The notes beneath the pieces were generated by a model that saw only the letters and a list, made by a program, of their open reading frames with translations, had not been told where the DNA came from and ran no database searches. 64,000 nucleotides of DNA from Patescibacteria group bacterium (GTDB lineage Bacteria; Patescibacteriota; Microgenomatia; Levybacterales; UBA12049). The DNA is taken from contig JBGTMH010000080.1 of the NCBI GenBank assembly GCA_041743715.1, forward strand, positions 8,529 to 72,528, read 5' to 3'. Positions 28,165-38,215 of this stretch are shown piece by piece (position 1 is the stretch's first letter; every line of letters starts with the position of its first letter). Position numbers and translations under genes: made by a program.

Positions 28165-28302
28165 TGAGAGCGTGGAATGCATTTTTTTTCGAGAACGAAT
28201 GCTACCGAAGCATGTATATAAAAATACGAGGCACTCATGAATTACCCCGAACGAGACCAACAACCAAAAGGCCCGGTGACGAAAAAAAGTGCATTCCACG
28301 CG
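28165..28302. repeat. ~140-bp palindromic intergenic repeat element, copy A (copy B at 57924..58060)
   Basis: About 85-90% identical to 57924..58060. Terminal inverted repeats agcgtggaatgcaTTTTTTTT ... AAAAAAAgtgcattccacgc flank a ~95-bp core (cgagaacgaatgctaccgaagcatgtatataaa...ttaccccgaac...ggtgacg). No conserved ORF runs through the two copies. Confidence 0.8.
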
Positions 28303-28367
28303 GCCAGCCTTCTGATAATTCCCCCTAGTCTTGACTTACATAACCCTGCACATCATACTCAAACTAT

Positions 28368-28844
28368 ATGCTTTTTCCATCAATGTTCAGAGGCCTCATA
28401 GATCTGGGCTATCAAAGGCGGGGCCTTGAGGTTATCGGATTCTATATGGCCTATGTCATCGGCTCAATCATGCTCGGTGCCGTCTTAGGGAATGGCGTCG
28501 CCGCCATCTTCGGAAGCAGCGCCGTCCGAGCAGAATGGAAAGTAGATTTCATCGCCATCAGCATCCTCTGTCTCGTCCTCTCTTTCTACTCCATAAAATT
28601 AAAAAACCTCGGCACCATAAAAATAATGTGGCTCCTCCCCATAGTCTCAGCCATCTTCGCCATCTACGGCGGCCCAGTCATGGGCCTCCTCATCCCCACA
28701 ATCCTCACCACCAGACCCAAAAACCACCCCTACACCCCCCTCCCCACAAGCAGCAATTTCGGAGCAGATGAGAAGTTAGTAAAAGAACAAGGCACCCAAC
28801 CCCCACCCCCTCCACCCAATCCAGAACAAAAACTCCCAAATTAA
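28368..28844 (+). CDS. Polytopic membrane protein with Pro-rich C-terminal tail (hypothetical)
   Basis: Four to five TM helices. Tail ...TTRPKNHPYTPLPTSSNFGADEKLVKEQGTQPPPPPPNPEQKLPN. Confidence 0.45.
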   Translation: MLFPSMFRGLIDLGYQRRGLEVIGFYMAYVIGSIMLGAVLGNGVAAIFGSSAVRAEWKVDFIAISILCLVLSFYSIKLKNLGTIKIMWLLPIVSAIFAIYGGPVMGLLIPTILTTRPKNHPYTPLPTSSNFGADEKLVKEQGTQPPPPPPNPEQKLPN

Positions 28845-29050
28845 ACCAGCGAAGAAACAAAAACACCGTGAATTTACCCAGCAAGACGCTACTGATTCAC
28901 GTTAAAATGGCAAATAAGCGTGATTCAACGAATTATTCACTCTTTGAAACTATTTCACCGTCTCACCCTAAAAAGTTACTATGATATTTCCCAGCAAACT
29001 TCCAAAGAACCAAGTAAAAGCGTATAATATAATTAGAATTATCGTCACAT

Positions 29051-29803
29051 ATGTTCAAGCCAAAAACTGAAAAAATAAAAACACTTGCAAGGATTTTCCC
29101 TTCAAGAATTAAAGAACTGGAAGAGATATTCAACAAACAGAGCATTGTCTATATTGATTATGCAAACGTCTATTTCTGGAGTAAGAAACTAAATTGGCAT
29201 ATTGATATTAAACGGCTAAAGCAACTGTTAGATTCATTTGATACAATTCGTACAGTACGATTGTATAATGGTACACTCAAAGGAGATCCCCAATCAAACA
29301 GCTTTATTAAAGACGCAAGAGCATTACATTATGCCGTATCTACCAAACCTGTCAAAATAATGCATCCTTCAATTGATGTATCAAGTATTCCAATCAACTC
29401 TCCTGCTATACTTGCAAATTTCATAGATAAATCACTGCTCAGGAGTCTTAACATCAAAACTATTGAATATCTAAATCTGCAATTAAAAGATTTAAATACT
29501 CAAGGGATAACATTTATTGAACGAAGAAAATGCAACTTTGATGTGGAGATAGGACGAGATATGCTCTTAGACTTTGCGAAAGATGATGTAGATAATTTTG
29601 TACTTTGGAGTGGAGATAGCGATTTTGCAGATCCTGTTACGCAGTTAATGAAAGATAAGAAAAAGGTAATTATCGTTGCTACTGCAAGAAGAGTATCGGT
29701 CGAACTTGCTGAAACCAAAGCTCCGATATTTGACATTCAGAAGATACGAAATTTCATCTGTAGAAATAATGAAATACAGGAAAAAATAAAAAAGACAATC
29801 TAA
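29051..29803 (+). CDS. NYN-domain (LabA-like/PIN-like) protein
   Basis: VYIDYANVYF...(N-terminal Asp region) and FVLWSGDSDFADPVTQLMKDKKKVIIVA (the NYN C-terminal motif) are present. Confidence 0.55.
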   Translation: MFKPKTEKIKTLARIFPSRIKELEEIFNKQSIVYIDYANVYFWSKKLNWHIDIKRLKQLLDSFDTIRTVRLYNGTLKGDPQSNSFIKDARALHYAVSTKPVKIMHPSIDVSSIPINSPAILANFIDKSLLRSLNIKTIEYLNLQLKDLNTQGITFIERRKCNFDVEIGRDMLLDFAKDDVDNFVLWSGDSDFADPVTQLMKDKKKVIIVATARRVSVELAETKAPIFDIQKIRNFICRNNEIQEKIKKTI

Positions 29804-30016
29804 AAAGCAAAAAGGACTCACAAGGAGCCCTTAAGCCAAAGAATGTGATCGTTTCCGATCTTGTTCATTATAAAAATAATAACCGTATTTGTCAATTAAC
29901 AAAAAGGCAATAACAATGTAACAATTTTGTAAATCAACCTCTCCACGAAATTACCTATAGTATTTGCATTTTCCCCATTTTCATGCTATACTCCCACTCA
30001 ACAATCTATCTTATAT

Positions 30017-30307
30017 ATGATCACCAAATACACTCTCATTCTCTGGATAATCGGAATAGTCGGCGCCCTCACCGTCCTAGAAAACGCGGCCAACTCCACC
30101 ACCCAACCCTTAAAAACCACAACAACTGTCGCCAACTCCACCCCCATCCCAACAATCATGCCAAGATCAACCGACCTCCACTTCCCCGTTAAAAACGAAA
30201 AATGCACAGGAGCCAAAGCCATCTGCAACGACAACACCTGCAGCTACGCCACCCAAAGAAAAAACACATGCACCAACAACGGCGGAGTCTCTGTCTGGTA
30301 CCCATAG
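30017..30307 (+). CDS. Small secreted Thr/Pro-rich protein with a 4-Cys C-terminal module (hypothetical)
   Basis: Signal peptide/anchor (LILWIIGIVGALTVLENAA). Cys pattern C-x6-C-x4-C-x9-C near the C-terminus (CTGAKAICNDNTCSYATQRKNTC). Confidence 0.3.
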   Translation: MITKYTLILWIIGIVGALTVLENAANSTTQPLKTTTTVANSTPIPTIMPRSTDLHFPVKNEKCTGAKAICNDNTCSYATQRKNTCTNNGGVSVWYP

Positions 30308-30369
30308 TTCTAGCTCCATAAACTATTAAACCCCACTTAAAAAAGGTATAATAGGGCCAGTCATATAGT

Positions 30370-33174
30370 ATGGATAAAAGCGAAGCAATCACACGACAAG
30401 AGATAATAGATAAACGCCTTGCAAAAGCTAACTGGGATGTAAAGAATCATTTTCAGGTAAAATCTGAACTTGATATATGGTTGGGTGTATCTGATGCTGA
30501 GAATATACAAGTTAACGAATATACTGGTCATCAGTTCGCAGATTATGCCTTACTTGGAGATGATGGCCACCCATTGGCAATTGTAGAAGCAAAAAAGACA
30601 TCAAAAGACGCCCGCATAGGACAAGAACAAGCTCGTCAGTATGCAGAAAATATTAAAAGGATTTCACAAAAAGATATGCCTTTTATTTTCTATACCAATG
30701 GTAATGATATTTACTTTTGGAATTCTGAAAAATACCCTCCTAGAAAGGTTTACGGATTCCCAACAAAAAAAGATTTAGAGAGAATGCTCTTTTTGAGGAA
30801 AAATGAAAAACCACTTTCTCAAGAACTAATAGACCGAGATATCTCAGGACGACCTTATCAGATAGAAGCAATCCGCTCTGTTTTTGAAAACATAGAGAAA
30901 GGGAAAAGAAAATCACTGCTCGTTATGGCAACCGGTACAGGAAAAACGAGAACGTGCGTATCAATGCTGGATGTTCTGATGCGAACAAACAGAGTACAGA
31001 AAGTTTTATTTCTGGTCGATAGAATTGCACTCAAAAATCAAGCACTCGATGCCTTTAGAGAATTTCTTCCTAATGCTCCAGTTTGGCCAAGATTTGGTGA
31101 AACTGAAATTGTAACGGATAGACGTATCTATGCCGCGACATACCCTACAATGCTTAATATTATTGAAAATAAAGACTGTCCTTTAAGTCCGCATTTCTTC
31201 GATATGATTGTTGCAGACGAAAGCCATCGGTCAATTTACAATGTCTATAAAAATATTTTTGATTACTTCGATGCCCTACAACTCGGACTTACCGCAACTC
31301 CAAAAGATGTCGTCGAACACAATACGTTTAGTCTATTCGAATGTGAAGAAGGCATACCGACCTATGCATACTCTTACGAGGAAGCAATAAACAATAAGCC
31401 TCCATACTTATGTGACTTCGAAGTCTTAAAAATTCGCACCAAATTTCAAAAAGAAGGTATTCGAAAAGATACTATTTCCAAAGCAGAACAATTAAAATTA
31501 CTTGCTGAGGGTAAAGAACCTGAAGAAATAAATTATGAAGGGAGTGATATTGAAAAGAAGGTTACGAATAGAGGAACAAACGCACTTATTGTCCAAGAGT
31601 TTATGGAAGAGTCGATAAAAGATGAGAGTGGCACTTTACCAGGAAAAACGATCTTCTTTGCAATGACCATGAAACATGCACGACGGTTGCAAGAAGTTTT
31701 TGACGATTTATATCCTGAGCATAAAGGAAATATAGCTAAAGTAATCGTGTCAGATGATCCTCGTGTCTATGGCAAAGGTGGTCTCTTAGACCAATTCGTT
31801 AATAGTGATTTTCCAAGAATTGCTATCAGTGTCGATATGCTTGATACGGGAATAGATGTTCGCGAACTTGTTAACTTAGTATTCGCCAAACCAGTTTTTT
31901 CATATACAAAATTCTGGCAAATGATTGGAAGAGGCACAAGACTTCTTGAGTCGAAAAAAATCAAACCCTGGTGTAAAGAAAAAGATAAATTCCTGATTAT
32001 GGATTGCTGGGAGAATTTTGATTATTTTGAAATGAACCCAACTGGAAAAACTGAAAAACCTACAAAGCCGCTCCCCGTTCGACTTTTTGAAAGTAAATTA
32101 GAAAAACTAAATATCGCACAGACGCAAAATAATAGTCTGTTAACGCAAAAAACGATTCTTAAACTAAAAGAAGATATTGAAAGGTTGCCACAAAATAATG
32201 TGGTTATATTAGATGCTAAAACAAAACTTGATAAGCTAAATGATACTTTTTGGCAAAATCTTAATGACGATAAGAAGCTTTATCTTCAAAAAGAAATTGC
32301 TCCGCTTATGCGTACACGAACGGGTGAAGATTATAAGGCGATGAGTTTTGAGTTAAAAGTCATAAAGTATTCCCTTACTAAACTGAAATCTGAAGATGAT
32401 AAAAAAGTAAAAACCCTTGAAGAGGTACTCATAGAAATGATTTCTGATCTACCACTAACTGTCAATATTGTCGCAAGAGAAAAAGAATTAATTGAAGACG
32501 TGCTTTATAATAACTACCTTAATAAAGCAACAGATGATGAGCTCGATATCTTAATAGAAAATATTGCTCCCTTAATGAAATTTCGAGAAGAAGGAATTAA
32601 GCCAGACCAAGATTCACTAGACTTACGAGACATTACACATGAAAAAGAATATATTAAATTCGGACCGCAACACGAAAGAATTACCACACATAAATATCGA
32701 GAAAAAGTCGAAGCATTGATCAAAAAACTTGAAAGGGAAAATGATATATTGGTAAAAATAAAAGAAGGAAAAAGCATTACTTCCGAAGAAATAGAAGAAC
32801 TTGCCACAACACTCGCTGAATACGACCCTTATCCTACAGAAGAGAACTTGCAAAAAGCATATGACGCAAGAACAGTAAGATTTATCGACCTTATAAAGTA
32901 TATAATGGGAATAGGCGGACTTGTTACTTTCTCCGAAAAAGTATCAGAAGCATTTGCAGAATTCATCGCTGAACATAATACACTCTCAGCAAAACAAATC
33001 CAGTTTTTACACACGCTACAAACATTCATTATCGAAAACGGCGAACTTTCAAAAAGAGACTTAGTTCGTGAACCATTTACGAAGATACATGCTGATGGAT
33101 TTCTGGGATTATTTGACCAACGCATGCAGTCTGAAATACTGGATCTAACGGAACAAATAACAAATTATGCTTAA
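30370..33174 (+). CDS. hsdR: Type I restriction enzyme R subunit (HsdR)
   Basis: HSDR_N-type N-terminus (ITRQEIIDKRLAKANWDV). SF2 helicase motifs: motif I LLVMATGTGKTRT and motif II VADESHRS (DEAH-like). 934 aa, overlapping hsdM by 8 nt. Confidence 0.85.
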   Translation: MDKSEAITRQEIIDKRLAKANWDVKNHFQVKSELDIWLGVSDAENIQVNEYTGHQFADYALLGDDGHPLAIVEAKKTSKDARIGQEQARQYAENIKRISQKDMPFIFYTNGNDIYFWNSEKYPPRKVYGFPTKKDLERMLFLRKNEKPLSQELIDRDISGRPYQIEAIRSVFENIEKGKRKSLLVMATGTGKTRTCVSMLDVLMRTNRVQKVLFLVDRIALKNQALDAFREFLPNAPVWPRFGETEIVTDRRIYAATYPTMLNIIENKDCPLSPHFFDMIVADESHRSIYNVYKNIFDYFDALQLGLTATPKDVVEHNTFSLFECEEGIPTYAYSYEEAINNKPPYLCDFEVLKIRTKFQKEGIRKDTISKAEQLKLLAEGKEPEEINYEGSDIEKKVTNRGTNALIVQEFMEESIKDESGTLPGKTIFFAMTMKHARRLQEVFDDLYPEHKGNIAKVIVSDDPRVYGKGGLLDQFVNSDFPRIAISVDMLDTGIDVRELVNLVFAKPVFSYTKFWQMIGRGTRLLESKKIKPWCKEKDKFLIMDCWENFDYFEMNPTGKTEKPTKPLPVRLFESKLEKLNIAQTQNNSLLTQKTILKLKEDIERLPQNNVVILDAKTKLDKLNDTFWQNLNDDKKLYLQKEIAPLMRTRTGEDYKAMSFELKVIKYSLTKLKSEDDKKVKTLEEVLIEMISDLPLTVNIVAREKELIEDVLYNNYLNKATDDELDILIENIAPLMKFREEGIKPDQDSLDLRDITHEKEYIKFGPQHERITTHKYREKVEALIKKLERENDILVKIKEGKSITSEEIEELATTLAEYDPYPTEENLQKAYDARTVRFIDLIKYIMGIGGLVTFSEKVSEAFAEFIAEHNTLSAKQIQFLHTLQTFIIENGELSKRDLVREPFTKIHADGFLGLFDQRMQSEILDLTEQITNYA

Positions 33175-34687
33175 TACGACAATAAAATCAGATATAAATC
33201 GCCTTTGGGATAAATTTTGGAGCGGTGGCATCTCTAATCCTTTAACTGCAATTGAACAAATCTCCTATCTCCTCTTCATGAAACGGCTCGATGAAATGGA
33301 TCTGAAAAAGAAACGCGATGCAGAATTTACTGGAGAAAGTTATCAATCAATTTTTGCAGGAAAAGAAAATCTTCGTTGGAGTCATTTCAGAGAAATGGAA
33401 GGCGGAGAAATGCTTACTCACATACAAACACAAGTCTTCCCTTTTCTAAAGTCGCTAGGCAAAGAAGAATCACCATTTGCAAAACATATGAGCAATGCCG
33501 TCTTCATTATTTCCAAGCCATCGCTCATAGTCGAAGCAGTAAGTATTATAGATACTCTCTTTACAGAAATTTCAAAACAATCATCCGAAGGCCAAGGATT
33601 CCAAGACACGCAAGGAGATGTCTACGAGCATTTACTCTCAGAAATAACAAGCGCCGGCAAACTCGGTCAATTTCGTACCCCAAGACATATTATTCAATTA
33701 ATCTGCGAGCTTGTTGATCCCAAACTAGGTGATACAATTTGCGACCCCGCATGCGGCACAGGAGGATTCCTGCTCGGAGCATACCAACACATTCTTACCC
33801 AACATACAAGTAAGGACCATCAACAAACAGATGAAAATGGCCTAACACGCGGACTTGTCGGAGACAACCTTACAGATGAGAGACAATGGAAACAGCTAAA
33901 GGAAAAAACATTCTATGGATACGATATGGACGACAGTATGGTACGAATCGGACTTATGAACCTCATGATGCATGGTATATCCATTCCAAATATTGAGCAA
34001 AAAGATACGTTATCTAAAAAGTACGATGAAGATAATTACTTCGACGTAATCATGGCCAATCCCCCCTTCAAAGGCAGTATCGATAAAGGTGATATCAACG
34101 AATCGTTATCTCTACCTACAACAAAAACAGAATTATTGTTTATCAATCGAATTATAAAATCTCTCAAAATTGGAGGCCGTGCTGGAGTAATCGTCCCAGA
34201 TGGAGTCCTTTTCGGGTCAAGTAATGCACACAAACAAGCCAGAAAAATGCTTCTCAACGACTGTGAACTACAAGGAATTATCTCTATGCCAAGCGGCGTC
34301 TTCAAACCATACGCTGGAGTAAGTACAGCAATTCTCATTTTTGTAAAAGGCGGAGAGACAGAAAAAGTTTGGTTCTATGATATGCAGGCAGATGGATATA
34401 GTCTAGATGATAAAAGAAGCAAAATTAAGGAAAACGATCTGCCAGACATTGTTGAGAAATGGAACTATAGAAAAGAATTAAAAGGAAACACTCGCTCTAG
34501 TATATTTTTCTCCGTAGATAAAAAAACAATTGAGGAAAACGATTTAGACCTGAGTATAAATAGATATAAAGTAACTAAATATAAAGAAGCAATCTATGAG
34601 GATAGCAAAATTATATTAAGTAAAATCAATAAACTTGAAGAAGAAATACAAAAAGGTATATCCGAATTATTAAATGTAAAATTATGA
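33167..34687 (+). CDS. hsdM: Type I R-M N6-adenine DNA methyltransferase subunit (HsdM)
   Basis: HsdM_N-like N-terminus (LWDKFWSGGISNPLTAIEQISYLLFMKRL). SAM motif DPACGTGGFL and catalytic NPPF (IMANPPFKGS). Confidence 0.9.
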   Translation: MLNTTIKSDINRLWDKFWSGGISNPLTAIEQISYLLFMKRLDEMDLKKKRDAEFTGESYQSIFAGKENLRWSHFREMEGGEMLTHIQTQVFPFLKSLGKEESPFAKHMSNAVFIISKPSLIVEAVSIIDTLFTEISKQSSEGQGFQDTQGDVYEHLLSEITSAGKLGQFRTPRHIIQLICELVDPKLGDTICDPACGTGGFLLGAYQHILTQHTSKDHQQTDENGLTRGLVGDNLTDERQWKQLKEKTFYGYDMDDSMVRIGLMNLMMHGISIPNIEQKDTLSKKYDEDNYFDVIMANPPFKGSIDKGDINESLSLPTTKTELLFINRIIKSLKIGGRAGVIVPDGVLFGSSNAHKQARKMLLNDCELQGIISMPSGVFKPYAGVSTAILIFVKGGETEKVWFYDMQADGYSLDDKRSKIKENDLPDIVEKWNYRKELKGNTRSSIFFSVDKKTIEENDLDLSINRYKVTKYKEAIYEDSKIILSKINKLEEEIQKGISELLNVKL

Positions 34688-35838
34688 CCAATGCCGTTAC
34701 CCTCGGGGAAGTATGTGAGTTTCTTGATTATCAAAGAAAACCTGTAACTGCAAAAGACCGAGTCTCAGGTAAATATCCATATTATGGTGCAAACGGGGTT
34801 CAGGATTATGTAGATAGCTATTTATTCGATGATGAACTAGTTTTACTGGCAGAAGATGGTGGACACTTTGATGATCCTTCTAGGGGAGTTGCTTATCGAG
34901 TAAGCGGAAAGTGTTGGGTTAATAATCATGCACATGTATTAAAGCCAAAGAATAATATAGACGTTGATTACCTTTATTATATATTAAGAGAGTATGACGT
35001 TAGGCCATTTATTACTGGTGCGATAATAAAGAAGCTTAATCAGAAAGATGCAAAGAGGATGACGCTATATCTTCCCTCCCTCGAAAAACAAAAAAGAATC
35101 GTAAAAGTTCTCGATCAAGCTGATTCTCTTCGTCAAAAACGCAAGCATTCACTCAAATTTTTAGATGAATATATCAAATCTGTTTTTCTTGAGATGTTTG
35201 GTGACCCAGTAAGTAACTTAAGAAAATGGGAGGTTGCAAAACTTGAAGACTTATTATCAAACATAGATAGTGGTTGGAGCCCTAAATGTTTAGAAGGAAA
35301 GGCTTCAAAGGAAAGCTGGGGAGTACTTAAGTTAAGTGCGATTACAAATTGTAATTATAATGAAGAACAAAATAAGGAACTCCCTAATTCTTTACATCCC
35401 AAACTAAGTATTGAAGTAAAAAGTGGCGATTTACTATTTTCAAGAAAAAATACCTATGAGTTAATTGCAGCGACCGCATTTGTGTTTAATACAAGACCTA
35501 AGTTAATGCTTTCAGATTTAATTTTTCGGTTAAAAACAAAAGATACTTCAGTAATTAGACCTCAATTTCTTTGGAAAACCTTAACACATTCAGGAAAAAG
35601 AAAAGAAATACAACGATTGGCAGGTGGTGCTTCAGGCTCGATGCCTAATATATCAAAAGCAAAGTTAAAAACCATTACCATACCTGTACCACCAATTGAT
35701 TTGCAACTGAAATTTACGCAAATTGTTAACGACACGGAAGTATTAAAAAGAAAAATGCTTAAACAAGCTTCTGATCTAGATTTACAATTTCAGTCACTGT
35801 TGCAAAAAGCTTTTAAAGAAGAATCACATGGAGAATGA
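34684..35838 (+). CDS. hsdS: Type I R-M specificity subunit (HsdS), two target-recognition domains
   Basis: Two TRDs separated by the conserved central region (LPSLEKQKRIVKVLDQADSLRQKRK) and a matching C-terminal conserved helix (IPVPPIDLQLKFTQIVNDTEVLKRKMLKQ). ATGA-type overlap with hsdM. Confidence 0.85.
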   Translation: MTNAVTLGEVCEFLDYQRKPVTAKDRVSGKYPYYGANGVQDYVDSYLFDDELVLLAEDGGHFDDPSRGVAYRVSGKCWVNNHAHVLKPKNNIDVDYLYYILREYDVRPFITGAIIKKLNQKDAKRMTLYLPSLEKQKRIVKVLDQADSLRQKRKHSLKFLDEYIKSVFLEMFGDPVSNLRKWEVAKLEDLLSNIDSGWSPKCLEGKASKESWGVLKLSAITNCNYNEEQNKELPNSLHPKLSIEVKSGDLLFSRKNTYELIAATAFVFNTRPKLMLSDLIFRLKTKDTSVIRPQFLWKTLTHSGKRKEIQRLAGGASGSMPNISKAKLKTITIPVPPIDLQLKFTQIVNDTEVLKRKMLKQASDLDLQFQSLLQKAFKEESHGE

Positions 35839-35994
35839 ACCCTTTTGACCAAATACATCAATATCATGAAGACTTGCCCCGCGCACAATATGGTTGTTGA
35901 AGTTTTAATTATGCCGTTCAACAGACGTGTAAACTTATAAATTTAGCCTCAATATGTATAAATTATCTCCTGTTATGTGTTGTTGAAATTTTAA

Positions 35995-37671
35995 TTATAC
36001 ATTTTCAACGGCAGGTATTACGAACCACTTCTTTTTAATCTTGTCATATTCAATTTTATTAGCCTGTTTTAACCTTCTTATTATGTTATAGCACATATCA
36101 TATGTATACCCTTTATCGTCAAAGATCTGAGTTATTCCTGCCATAGTAGCCCCACTCGTTCTATACTCTGTTAAATGGTTCATCACCTGATATTCTTCTT
36201 GCTCTTTTGTATACTTCTCCCATCTTGAACGTTTTCCAGTAGTTTGGGTTTTAGCAGCAAATTTTTTTGAGATATTACATCTACGAGTTCTGCCGGGACT
36301 TAAATCAATATAACCTAGCTTGGATAACCTTTCAGCATCATCTTTAGAAATTTGTGTAGGTGTTTTGTTAACACCTGATACAATTTTATCCAAGATTAAA
36401 AGATCTTCGAATTCTATATTACTTTTTTGTAAGACCAACTTAGCAAAATCTTCGTTATCTACTTTACCTAATAGCGTGAAATGAACAAAAGGAGGATTTA
36501 AGCTATCAAAAAAGTCATTTATGATTCTGGTTCCTTTTCGTAACTGTCTATCATACACTTTTCTCAATCCTCCTCCTTCTTGCTCCATTAAATTTACACT
36601 TCTAAACAAAAACGTCATCCTCGCATTTAAATATTCAGGCCTAATATTATTCTTAATTGCAGCCTCTAAATCTGCACGGAATCTACCAGGATTTCTAAAT
36701 GATACGCTTGTCGGTGTCTGAACAACATCAACCCATAACGATATTGTCCAGTCTCTATGAGCAAGGCTATTGACTAATAACTCTTCTATAGCCTCATCGT
36801 CATATTGTTTAATATCCTGCCTAAATAAATCTAAATCTCTCAAGTATGTATTAAATCGATGTATAGTAGTTTCAAGCTCATAAAGACTTAATAATAAAGG
36901 ACTATAAAAGTCCATTCTCTCAACCACTCCGTTCTTCTCATCCTCATACTTCCAGTGGATTTTTGCTATCTCGCCTAATAATCGCTCTGATGAATCTTTT
37001 TTTCCAAGATATAAAATACATGTGTTATTTGGGACATTATTTGTAAGTAATCGTTGAGAATTTAATAATTGCGTTAAGGACATATCAACATACTTTTTAT
37101 CACTGTGAATACTTGCAAGTTTTTCTCTAAGAAATATGATAGCCTTATCATCTAAATCATTGGGTGATGCTCCTATGCATGCGTTTGCTGACCAGTCAGT
37201 ACTTACTTTTTTATTCCAAATTTTTCTTGCCTTTTCAGGATAATCTTTTAATAGTTTCTTATATGACCCAACCCGAATATATTCTATTCCTTTAAACTTA
37301 ACTGGCATATCTTTTGTGGCATCAATTTTTAATATAACAATTGCCTTTCCAATATAATTGAATTCGTATACTTCAAAATCAATACGTGGACTAAGTAAAG
37401 ATGCAAGCCAATTTTCGAGTTCCTCATTACCTACTTTTTCATCCTTTGGTCTAAACTTTGTACCTACTATTTCATGAGTTATATCCTCAACACCAAAAAC
37501 AAGATAAGAGAAGTCTTCGTTATGCAGGCAGGCAGAATTAGACAGTGCGGATATATACTCTCCAATATCATGAGGCGAATAATTATTTATTTTAAACTCA
37601 ACCCATTCGGTTTCGCGGGGTAATCTAATTATTTCCTCAAATTTAGCTGTGATTACTTCTATAGAGAGCAT
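35995..37671 (-). CDS. AlbA_2 (Schlafen-like) DNA-binding domain + HATPase_c_4 domain protein (putative regulator/defense-associated ATPase)
   Basis: N-terminus AKFEEIIRLPRETEWVEFKINNYSPHDIGEYISALSNS (AlbA_2 divergent-AAA pattern). C-terminal part with an HATPase_c_4-like region and a wHTH. Start set at MLSIEVITAKF. Confidence 0.5.
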   Translation of the reverse strand: MLSIEVITAKFEEIIRLPRETEWVEFKINNYSPHDIGEYISALSNSACLHNEDFSYLVFGVEDITHEIVGTKFRPKDEKVGNEELENWLASLLSPRIDFEVYEFNYIGKAIVILKIDATKDMPVKFKGIEYIRVGSYKKLLKDYPEKARKIWNKKVSTDWSANACIGASPNDLDDKAIIFLREKLASIHSDKKYVDMSLTQLLNSQRLLTNNVPNNTCILYLGKKDSSERLLGEIAKIHWKYEDEKNGVVERMDFYSPLLLSLYELETTIHRFNTYLRDLDLFRQDIKQYDDEAIEELLVNSLAHRDWTISLWVDVVQTPTSVSFRNPGRFRADLEAAIKNNIRPEYLNARMTFLFRSVNLMEQEGGGLRKVYDRQLRKGTRIINDFFDSLNPPFVHFTLLGKVDNEDFAKLVLQKSNIEFEDLLILDKIVSGVNKTPTQISKDDAERLSKLGYIDLSPGRTRRCNISKKFAAKTQTTGKRSRWEKYTKEQEEYQVMNHLTEYRTSGATMAGITQIFDDKGYTYDMCYNIIRRLKQANKIEYDKIKKKWFVIPAVENV

Positions 37672-37945
37672 GAAAAAACTGTAATATAAAACACGTTCAT
37701 TATACACGACCTTTATCTTGCAAACAATTAACGGCATTGTACAATGCTCAATAATATATAGATAATTTTACTTTATTGATCTATAATTTCTGAAAAGCTC
37801 TTTGAAAAGCTGACGGAGAAAACCTCCGGCCCTTATTAGTGGGGTTAGTTTATCTCACGCCTCCTCCTAAGATCATAAATTTTTGTGATTTTAGGGGGAG
37901 CAGCAGATTAGCTTCCCTGCTATTTGGAAAGGGGGTGATTCAAAA

Positions 37946-38122
37946 ATGGTAAGATTCATCATCTACCAGGATAATGCTAAAGGATATCGATGGCGACTTG
38001 TCGCAGCAAACAACGAAATCGTTGCTTGGGACGAAAGTTATACAACTAAACAAGGGGCCATCAATTCTGCGCAATGGATTCAAGCTCATGCGCATTCAGC
38101 TCCTATCCACGATTTAACTTAA
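37946..38122 (+). CDS. DUF1508 (YegP-like) small protein, 58 aa
   Basis: My own translation reads MVRFIIYQDNAKGYRWRLVAANNEIVAWDESYTTKQGAINSAQWIQAHAHSAPIHDLT, which matches the YegP/DUF1508 repeat (F.IY.D..G.YRWRL.A.NGEI.A.SE.Y..K..A...I). A strong RBS aagGGGGTGAttcaaaaATG precedes it. It is below the ORF-track size cutoff. Confidence 0.65.
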   Translation: MVRFIIYQDNAKGYRWRLVAANNEIVAWDESYTTKQGAINSAQWIQAHAHSAPIHDLT

Positions 38123-38215
38123 AAGGTTAAATCAAACCTCCTCGTCAGCTTTTTGAAGAGCTTAAATAAGTTTGTATATTGGGGAGAAATTAAACAAAAT
38201 GAGATTAAATAACAT

